Positions 1-6,490 of a stretch of DNA of 15,917 nt are shown piece after piece. Source of the stretch: Oligoflexales bacterium. GTDB lineage: Bacteria > Bdellovibrionota_B > Oligoflexia > Oligoflexales > CAIYRB01. The notes under the pieces are model-generated. The model was not told the DNA's origin and made no database searches. It saw only the letters and a program-made list of their open reading frames with translations. A program made the translations under genes and the position numbers. Location of the stretch: positions 1 through 15,917 of the forward strand of contig JBGSUI010000207.1 in the NCBI GenBank assembly GCA_041736175.1, read 5' to 3'. Every line of letters begins with the position of its first letter. Position 1 is the first letter of the stretch.

Positions 1-60
1 ATCGTGTTTAAGGGCCAGCTCGTGAAGATCGTCGAAGCAGGGGCTGTGGCAAAAACCTAA
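1..60 (+). CDS. 3' end of a gene entering from the left edge (IVFKGQLVKIVEAGAVAKT*); loosely resembles the C-terminus of small S4-domain (YbcJ/YaaA-like) proteins
   Basis: Frame 1 is open from base 1 to TAA at 58-60. Only 19 codons are visible, so the family guess is weak. Confidence 0.35.
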   Translation: MVFKGQLVKIVEAGAVAKT

Positions 61-138
61 ATCTAGGGGTACCCATTAAGTAAAGCTTGAACTTTAAAAA
101 ATGCCGGCCAGTTGACGCTCGCCCTGGGCCTGAGTTTT

Positions 139-147
139 TGCTAGCAT
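139..147 (+). promoter_or_regulatory. Possible extended -10 promoter (TGcTAGCAT) for the cytochrome c gene
   Basis: TGn plus TAGCAT lies about 40 nt upstream of the start. TTGACG at 112-117 is too far away (24 nt) to be its -35. Confidence 0.3.
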
Positions 148-184
148 CAGAGGCGGACCATTTATCTGCACTCTTGGAGCCGTG

Positions 185-661
185 ATGCGTTACGAAAACA
201 CCTTAAAATCTATCTGTTTTGTGGCACTCCTTAGCCATTTTACGAGTTCTTGTACCCAATGCACGGCTCAATACGATGCTGCCCCCATGAAAGAGCGCCT
301 CCAACAAGAACGGGTCGTTGCTTCTAATCCTCCTCAGTCCTTGACAGAAAATGGCGATCTACCTCCGACCGGCAAAGTCCAAGCTGATCCAGCGGAGCGC
401 TATGCTACCCTTTGTACCAGTTGCCACGGTCCTAAAGGAGCTGGGGATGGCCCGGGCGCTGTGGCCCTTAACCCAAAACCTCGAAACCTCACCGACACCG
501 CCTGGCAGAGCCAGGCGACCGATGATCGGATCTATACCGTCATTAAAAATGGGGGCACCGCTGTGGGGCTAAGCGCTACCATGGCTCCCTGGGGGTCGAT
601 CTTGAGTGATGACGAAATCAAAAGTATGGTTGTCTATATCAGAGGGATGGGAAAGAATTGA
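185..661 (+). CDS. Monoheme class I c-type cytochrome (cytochrome c6/cbb3-III-like), exported, possibly lipid-anchored
   Basis: CxxCH haem motif (CTSCH) followed by GxxGxGDGP...LNPKPRNLT, distal Met in MAPWG, and C-terminal helix LSDDEIKSMVVYIR. The N-terminus is hydrophobic and ends in SSC. GGAG precedes GTG182/ATG185, so the start is ambiguous. Confidence 0.9.
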   Translation: MRYENTLKSICFVALLSHFTSSCTQCTAQYDAAPMKERLQQERVVASNPPQSLTENGDLPPTGKVQADPAERYATLCTSCHGPKGAGDGPGAVALNPKPRNLTDTAWQSQATDDRIYTVIKNGGTAVGLSATMAPWGSILSDDEIKSMVVYIRGMGKN

Positions 662-715
662 CCCTGCGGAAAATCTCTTGAGACCCTCCTCTTTTTTCCC
701 ATGGGATCGTCCAAG

Positions 716-2056
716 ATGCTTTTTGAAATAGCGGTTATTTTCCTACTGATCGCGGTTAACGGTGTCTTAGCAATGGCTGAGATGGCTGTGGTCTCCGCTC
801 GAAAGACTCGGATTAAAAACCTTGCGGAAAGGGGTCAGAAGAGGGCCAAGGCTGCTCTGAGTCTGATCTCAGATCCCAGTCTTTGCCTATCCACGGTCCA
901 GATTGGGATCACCATGGTAGGGATTTTAGCGGGTGCCTTTGGGGGTTCAACCATCGCCCTACGCCTCCAATACCAACTCCAAGGACTCCCCATCCCTGGA
1001 ATTGCTCGTTATGCAGAGGGGGTAAGTGTCACTTTTGTGGTTTTGATGATTACCTATTTTTCTCTGGTGATTGGTGAGTTGGTCCCAAAACAACTGGCTC
1101 TGCGCCATGCGGATACCTTGGCCATGTTCGTCGCGCGACCAATGCTAGCCCTGTCCAAAATAACCTACCCTATCGCCTTTGTTTTGACCCATTCTTCTAA
1201 TTATCTGATTAGACTTTTCGGTTCAGAACCTTCCAATGAACCCACCATCACCGAAGACGAGATCAAACTAATCATCCGCCAGGCTACGGAAGCAGGAGTG
1301 GTTAAAGCAGCCGAACAGAACATGATCTACGGGGTTCTTAGGCTGGGGGATCTCCAAGCCAACGACCTTATGACGCCTCGCCATGAAATGATCTTGATTG
1401 ATATCAATGGCTCCCTAGAAGACAACATTACAACCATCCTCCAAGAAGGCCACTCCTTTTACCCAGTTTACGAAGGCGACCCTAATAATATCCTGGGGTT
1501 CATATCGGTAAAAACCCTCTACAAGGCCATAGCGGCTAAGCAAGAATTCACCCTTAAGGACTTTTTGATCCCGCCTTTGATGATCCCCGAAAAGTCTTCG
1601 GCCTTAAAGATTTTGGAGCGTTTTAAGGCCAGCAAGTCCCATATTGCTTTGGTTTTGGATGAGCATGGTGGATTTGAAGGGATTGTCTCCATCAAAGACC
1701 TTATCGCCGGAATCGTTGGTGAAATTCCAACACTTGATTCTGACCATGAGGACCCAGCCATCATTGTTCGGGAAGATGGCTCCTGGCTGATTGACGGCGG
1801 GATGTCAGCGATCGAGCTTAAAGATTTTTTGAGTCTTAAAAAGCTTCCCCAGGAAGATGCTGGTTATAACACCGTAGGTGGGATGATGATGGCAAAGCTA
1901 GGGCGAGTACCTCGCGCTGGGGAGTTTTTTAAATTTAGGGGGTTCCGCTTTGAGGTTGTGGATATGGATCGATTAAGAGTGGATAAGATATTGGTCTCTA
2001 GAATCCCTGCGCCCACCAAAAAATCCGGCCCAGATCCCGGAAACCCTGAAAGGTAG
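716..2056 (+). CDS. HlyC/CorC (CNNM, 'hemolysin family') membrane protein: DUF21 transmembrane domain + CBS pair + CorC_HlyC domain
   Basis: Family motifs NGVLAMAEMAVVSARK, LSTVQIGIT, SLVIGELVPK, CBS-region MTPR and VLDEHGGFEGIV, IVGEI, and C-terminal YNTVGG...FEVVDMDRLRVDKILV. The start is ATG716 (preceded by GGGA) or ATG701. Confidence 0.93.
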   Translation: MLFEIAVIFLLIAVNGVLAMAEMAVVSARKTRIKNLAERGQKRAKAALSLISDPSLCLSTVQIGITMVGILAGAFGGSTIALRLQYQLQGLPIPGIARYAEGVSVTFVVLMITYFSLVIGELVPKQLALRHADTLAMFVARPMLALSKITYPIAFVLTHSSNYLIRLFGSEPSNEPTITEDEIKLIIRQATEAGVVKAAEQNMIYGVLRLGDLQANDLMTPRHEMILIDINGSLEDNITTILQEGHSFYPVYEGDPNNILGFISVKTLYKAIAAKQEFTLKDFLIPPLMIPEKSSALKILERFKASKSHIALVLDEHGGFEGIVSIKDLIAGIVGEIPTLDSDHEDPAIIVREDGSWLIDGGMSAIELKDFLSLKKLPQEDAGYNTVGGMMMAKLGRVPRAGEFFKFRGFRFEVVDMDRLRVDKILVSRIPAPTKKSGPDPGNPER

Positions 2057-2157
2057 GCTTATACTTCTTAATATTTTGGTATCCCAACCCTTTTAACTTC
2101 TTGATTGTGCTACCTTAGGGCATAATGAACGCTCTTAAGCTGAGCGCTTAAACTAAA

Positions 2158-2163
2158 AAGGAG
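2158..2163 (+). promoter_or_regulatory. Ribosome-binding site of sodB
   Basis: AAGGAG lies 6 nt upstream of ATG2170. Confidence 0.8.
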
Positions 2164-2169
2164 TTCTAT

Positions 2170-2766
2170 ATGGCCTTTACATTACCAGAATTACCCTACT
2201 CTCTAGATGCCCTTGTTCCGGTCTTTACAAAAGAGACCCTTGAGTTTCACTATGGGAAGCATCACCGCACCTATGTTGATAAGCTCAACAAGATCGTCAA
2301 AGATACAGAGTTAGAGAAAAAATCCTTAGAAGAGCTGATCATCCAAACAAGAACGGGAGACGTCTTTAACAACGCCGCCCAAATTTGGAACCATACCTTT
2401 TTTTGGAATTCTCTAACCCCCCGCGGTGGCGGCAAACCCACCGGAAAAATCGCTGCGGAAATCGATAAAAATTTTGGTTCTTTTGACGCTTTCAAAGGCA
2501 AATTCCAAGATGCGGCTGTCTCACTTTTTGGTTCCGGTTGGGTTTGGTTATCACGAGTTGGCAACGGTAGCCTTGTGATTGAAAAAGCCAAAGATGCTGA
2601 CAATCCCTTGGTTTATGGAAATGTCCCCCTCCTCACGATCGATGTGTGGGAACATGCCTACTATATTGATTATCGCAATGACCGTGCCCGCTTTGTAAAT
2701 ACCTTTTGGGATATTGCAAATTGGTCGTTTGCAAACCAAAATCTCGAAAAAATCGGCACCAAGTAA
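2170..2766 (+). CDS. sodB: Superoxide dismutase, Fe-type
   Basis: Metal-ligand motifs HYGKHH, NHTFFW and DVWEHAYY, plus FGSGWVWL. FNNAAQ carries the Fe-type Gln rather than the Mn-type GG. Confidence 0.95.
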   Translation: MAFTLPELPYSLDALVPVFTKETLEFHYGKHHRTYVDKLNKIVKDTELEKKSLEELIIQTRTGDVFNNAAQIWNHTFFWNSLTPRGGGKPTGKIAAEIDKNFGSFDAFKGKFQDAAVSLFGSGWVWLSRVGNGSLVIEKAKDADNPLVYGNVPLLTIDVWEHAYYIDYRNDRARFVNTFWDIANWSFANQNLEKIGTK

Positions 2767-2771
2767 ACTCT

Positions 2772-2848
2772 AAGACTCTAGTCACTCAAGCTTAAGTTCC
2801 CATCACCTGATTGGGAGTTTAGGTATGATTGGGTGACTGGGGTTTTTT
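2772..2848 (+). terminator. Long stem-loop ending in a U-run between convergent sodB and the ACT gene; terminator or 3'-UTR structure
   Basis: 2772-2789 pairs with 2829-2846 and 2790-2802 pairs with 2812-2824. A T6 run is at 2843-2848. Confidence 0.65.
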
Positions 2849-2870
2849 CAACCCATATTGCAACGTGCCT

Positions 2871-3401
2871 CTAACGGTCGATAAATTCCTTATGCAAAAT
2901 CGCCATTGCTTTTTGGGCATCAGCCTCATCAATGACCACGGAGATCTTAATCTCTGAAGTGGAGATCATGTTGATATCGATCTCGTGGGAAGCAAGCGCC
3001 GAAAAAGTCCGCCCCGCGACACCGGCATAATTTTTCATTCCGACACCGACCACGGAGACTTTGGCAAGATCACTTTCTGCTGAGACTTTGACATCGCGAT
3101 AGTTTTGGTCCCTCACTAAAGCGCTAATGGCCTTTTTTGCAGCATCCAAATCTGACTTAGCAATCGTAAAACCCAATTTCATTGTGAGATCGTCTTCGGG
3201 TCTATCGTGGACTATGATATCGACGTTGACACCTAACGTGCCTAATTTCGCAAAAATCTCCGAAATAACGGCTCCATCTTTCCTAAGGCCCGATAATGTG
3301 ATTTTGGAAACGTTTCGATCGAGAGTGATTCCATCGACGACAATCGTTTCAGGGGCCATGGATGCAGCTGTTTTAGATGATTTTTTTTTAAGTTCCGACA
3401 T
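2871..3401 (-). CDS. Stand-alone tandem-ACT protein homologous to the regulatory (beta) part of class II aspartokinase; no kinase domain
   Basis: AKVSVVGVGMKNYAGVAGRTFSAL...INMISTSEIKISVVI...LHKEF is the typical LysC C-terminal ACT signature, and SKITLSG...GVNVDII marks ACT1. It has its own RBS (AAGGGA) and ATG 45 nt after the lysA stop. Confidence 0.88.
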   Translation of the reverse strand: MSELKKKSSKTAASMAPETIVVDGITLDRNVSKITLSGLRKDGAVISEIFAKLGTLGVNVDIIVHDRPEDDLTMKLGFTIAKSDLDAAKKAISALVRDQNYRDVKVSAESDLAKVSVVGVGMKNYAGVAGRTFSALASHEIDINMISTSEIKISVVIDEADAQKAMAILHKEFIDR

Positions 3402-3446
3402 GGTAAATCCCTTGAATTTTTCTGCTGACTCAAAGTTGCGTTAGGG

Positions 3447-4724
3447 TCATTTCGAAGAGGCCTCCCCTTGCCACTCCAAGGCCCATAAATCTTCAAGCTT
3501 TTCCCGGTACCTGATCACGTCCATATTGTTAGATTGGACCTGAACTTCTGCAGCCCTTGGCCGAGAGTTATATTGAGATGACATAGAAGATCCATAGGCT
3601 CCTGCATAAGTAATCGCATACAAATCCCCTTCCTTAGGCAGTTCAACCCACCGGTCGGTCCCCAATATATCCCCGGTTTCACACACAGGTCCCACAAATT
3701 GGCAAAGGACCTTGGATCTATCTACCCCAATGGGTTGCTGAACCGCTATGATAGGGTGATATGAATCATAGAGAGCTGGTCTCATAAGATCATTCATAGC
3801 TGCATCTAGGATCACAAAATGATGATCGCCCTGCGCTTTAACACCGATGACTCTTGTGAGCAGGATTCCGGTATCTCCGACGATAGAACGACCTGGTTCA
3901 ATAATAAGGTGCAGTCCTGTTTTTATAACCTCATGCAACATTGCTTCTGCATAGATCCCGACGCTGGGGACAGGCTCGCTGGTATAGGGAATTCCTAATC
4001 CCCCTCCAAGGTCCAAATACTTTAAGTTAAATCCCTGACCAAGCAGGGTCAATGACACCTGGGTCATCCGCTTGGCTGCTTCCCGAATGGGGTCGAGAGT
4101 GGTTATTTGGCTACCAATATGACAGGAAAGACCTACGAGATCGAGCCAAGGCTCGCCCTTTATTTCATCAAGTATCTCTGGGAGAGCCGTCTCTGGGAGG
4201 CCAAATTTTGTCGAATAAAGACCCGTTGCTATCTTAGCATGAGTCTGGGCATTGATATTTGGGTTGACTCTTAGGGAAACCCTTGCGCGCACGCCCAACC
4301 TTTGAGCGATATGACCGATCATTTTAGTTTCGAAGGTCGACTCGACATTAAACATTAAGATGTTTTTTGCCAGAGCTTTTTCTATTTCCTCAGCTTTTTT
4401 GCCCACTCCTGAAAAGACGACTTTTTGCGGATCACAACCTGCCCGCAGCGCTCGCTCCAGCTCCCCTTCGGACACCAAATCAGCACCGAGTCCTTGTCCA
4501 AAAATATCATGGAGAATCTTTAAATTACTATTTGCCTTAACTGCAAAACACACTAATGTCGGGTAATTCTTGAAGGCTTCTAAGAAGTTCCTGCAGTTTT
4601 GTACCAACTGATGATAGCTATAAACATAGGTTGGGGTCCCTGCCTGTTTGGCAATATCTGCTAGGGAGACTCCCTCACAAAACAGTTTTTCCTCAGAAAA
4701 GTTAAAATTTTTTGTCTGGTTCAT
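3447..4724 (-). CDS. lysA: Diaminopimelate decarboxylase
   Basis: PLP lysine in FAVKANSN; also THAKIATG...KFG, HIGSQ, DLGGGLG, EPGRSIV, GPVCETGD, GAYG and YNSRPR. Confidence 0.96.
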   Translation of the reverse strand: MNQTKNFNFSEEKLFCEGVSLADIAKQAGTPTYVYSYHQLVQNCRNFLEAFKNYPTLVCFAVKANSNLKILHDIFGQGLGADLVSEGELERALRAGCDPQKVVFSGVGKKAEEIEKALAKNILMFNVESTFETKMIGHIAQRLGVRARVSLRVNPNINAQTHAKIATGLYSTKFGLPETALPEILDEIKGEPWLDLVGLSCHIGSQITTLDPIREAAKRMTQVSLTLLGQGFNLKYLDLGGGLGIPYTSEPVPSVGIYAEAMLHEVIKTGLHLIIEPGRSIVGDTGILLTRVIGVKAQGDHHFVILDAAMNDLMRPALYDSYHPIIAVQQPIGVDRSKVLCQFVGPVCETGDILGTDRWVELPKEGDLYAITYAGAYGSSMSSQYNSRPRAAEVQVQSNNMDVIRYREKLEDLWALEWQGEASSK

Positions 4725-5269
4725 AGTGGTTCTTGAACCTTAAGGGGCAAACTATTTTTTGCCTCCGAGTTTTCCGAGGAACTTTCTTGAGATTTGAGTG
4801 GTGATGGGTCTAAGGGGACCGACCCAATAGAATGATGCTGAACACCAACATCACGATCGTGTCCGCGATGCTCCGGATCCTGGCTATGATCATGCTCGTG
4901 ATCATGCTCGTGATCGTGCTCGTGATTGTGCTGCTCATCTGGGTGATGGTGTCCGTGATCTGGGTCTTTTGGGGCTGCTAAAGAGTGCTCATCTCCCCCC
5001 GGAATAACTACGCCGGCCTCTAGTGATTTAAGATCCTGATTTTGCTTTCCTAAAGCAACCTTTAGCTGCTCTATCTCGTCCTGACGCAGTTCATTTTCGG
5101 CCTGTTTAACAAAATCATCAAAAGTTGACTTGACGTCATTTGCAGTTCTACGCATTTGAACAAAGAATTTACCCGCTTGTTTCATAAGATCGGGCAACTT
5201 TTTGGGCCCCACCAGTACTAGCGCCACCACTGCTATAACGATTAACTCTCCAATACCAATGCCAAACAT
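4721..5269 (-). CDS. tatB: Twin-arginine translocase subunit, TatB-like, with a His-rich C-terminal tail
   Basis: MFGIGIGELIVIAVVALVLVGPKKLP has Glu8, a short TM helix and a GP hinge, followed by an amphipathic helix. Its stop overlaps the lysA start (ATGA, 4721-4724). Confidence 0.85.
   Translation of the reverse strand: MFGIGIGELIVIAVVALVLVGPKKLPDLMKQAGKFFVQMRRTANDVKSTFDDFVKQAENELRQDEIEQLKVALGKQNQDLKSLEAGVVIPGGDEHSLAAPKDPDHGHHHPDEQHNHEHDHEHDHEHDHSQDPEHRGHDRDVGVQHHSIGSVPLDPSPLKSQESSSENSEAKNSLPLKVQEPL
4887..4934. repeat. 12-bp in-frame tandem repeat encoding (HEHD)n in tatB
   Basis: TGATCATGCTCG occurs twice (4887-4910), then TGATCGTGCTCG (4911-4922) and a degenerate TGATTGTGCTGC (4923-4934). 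Confidence 0.9.
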
Positions 5270-5417
5270 AGGGTTTTATACCTTTAACCGCAATTTATGG
5301 TCCGTTAACCCAATCTGAAACCGCATTTTAGTCTAAGCCAATTTGCTGCTAGATGCACTCCGTAGTTCCATGCTATCCCAGTTTTTGTGGTCTCATCACG
5401 CTGCTGGAGATTTACTT

Positions 5418-6200
5418 TTGACCCCATCTTTTAGAGTCATCACTTGGAACGTTAATTCCATCAAAGTCCGAGAGGAAAGACTCCTTGGAGTTTTGAAGCG
5501 CCATCAGCCTGATGTCATCTGCCTTCAGGAACTTAAAACCGTTGATGAGCAGTTCCCCCTTGAAAATATCAAAGCATTAGGCTACCACGCCTCGATTTTT
5601 GGACAAAAAGCCTATAACGGTGTGGCCATTTTATCGAAAATTGAGCCTGTTTCTATCAAAAAAGGCTTTGGCTATACCGATGACCTCAGTGCGCGGTATA
5701 TCGAGGTCGAATTTGCGAACAAAATCGTTGTCTCTTCTGTTTATGCACCCAATGGCCAGGATCTTTTAAGCGATAAATTCCAATATAAAATGGCCTGGTA
5801 TGAAAAGCTAACGAGCTACCTTCGGGACAAACTAAGTCACCAGCCCTCCATGATCTTGGGAGGTGACTACAATATTGCTCCCCACCCACAAGACACGGTT
5901 ATCCCCATCGATGAGCAAGAGCGCATTCTCTGCTCTGCCCAGGAAAGAAAGACTTTTGAGACCCTACTCGGAGTAGGTTTGGTGGATAGCCTCCACCAAC
6001 TGAATCCTACGGACCCCACCTTTACCTGGTGGGATTACAGAGCTGGGTCGTTCCAAAAAAATAAAGGTATGCGTATCGATCATTTCTTAGTGACACACAA
6101 TCTTTCGAAAAGTCTCCGCTTGTCCCAAGTAGACCGGGATGAGCGAAAAGGTGAACGTCCGTCAGATCACGCACCGGTTATTCTTGATTTTGACCTTTAA
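5418..6200 (+). CDS. xth: Exodeoxyribonuclease III (AP endonuclease)
   Basis: Motifs TWNVNS, LQELK, YNGVAILS, GDYNIAP, WWDYR, RIDH and SDHAPV. I moved the start from 5343 to in-frame TTG5418 because GGAGA (5406-5410) lies 7 nt upstream and homology begins there. Confidence 0.94.
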   Translation: MTPSFRVITWNVNSIKVREERLLGVLKRHQPDVICLQELKTVDEQFPLENIKALGYHASIFGQKAYNGVAILSKIEPVSIKKGFGYTDDLSARYIEVEFANKIVVSSVYAPNGQDLLSDKFQYKMAWYEKLTSYLRDKLSHQPSMILGGDYNIAPHPQDTVIPIDEQERILCSAQERKTFETLLGVGLVDSLHQLNPTDPTFTWWDYRAGSFQKNKGMRIDHFLVTHNLSKSLRLSQVDRDERKGERPSDHAPVILDFDL

Positions 6201-6228
6201 GACATCTGTTCGAGAGGATGCCCGAGAG

Positions 6229-6258
6229 TTGGCCGGACCCTAAGAAACTGATTATAAT
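6229..6258 (+). promoter_or_regulatory. Sigma70-type promoter upstream of the structured leader and hldD
   Basis: TTGGCC (6229-6234), an 18-nt spacer, then a perfect TATAAT (6253-6258). Confidence 0.6.
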
Positions 6259-6265
6259 TCTTCGT

Positions 6266-6386
6266 AAGATTCCTCGCCCGAAAACTTTAGTGGTTGAGTA
6301 CTGATTGGGTCTTTGACTGATTCTCTCGTTGGGGCATTTGTTCGGGACGAGGAGTCTTCTTTAGGATCGGTTTATCCTCGCCGATC
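6266..6386 (+). ncRNA. Candidate structured RNA (sRNA or cis-regulatory leader), family not recognised
   Basis: Rod hairpin 6266-6358 with a 17-bp basal stem and one bulge begins at the predicted transcription start. A second hairpin GATCGG/CCGATC spans 6365-6386. Confidence 0.45.
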
Positions 6387-6490
6387 ATGGGAGAGATCAA
6401 ACTTGCTGCTCCAAAAAAAGCGTGGGTATGGTATTGAATTCTTTAGCTCGATTTTCGTCGGGCTCCATGCTTCATTGAAGGGTATAAAGA

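Noticed and set aside
676..716. Hairpin that might occlude the start of the CNNM gene (metal-riboswitch idea)
   Set aside because: Pairing is short and interrupted, the gap is too small, and no known aptamer motif is present.
2121..2139. Fur box upstream of sodB
   Set aside because: Only 10 of 19 positions match GATAATGATAATCATTATC.
5343..5417. N-terminal extension of xth in the ORF track
   Set aside because: Xth homology starts near FRVITWN, and a good RBS supports TTG5418.
6266..6358. SRP (4.5S) RNA, tRNA-Sec or 6S RNA as the identity of the rod hairpin
   Set aside because: No GNRA-capped helix with CAGG/AGCA loops on either strand, no cloverleaf, T-loop or CCA, and it is about half the length of a 6S RNA.
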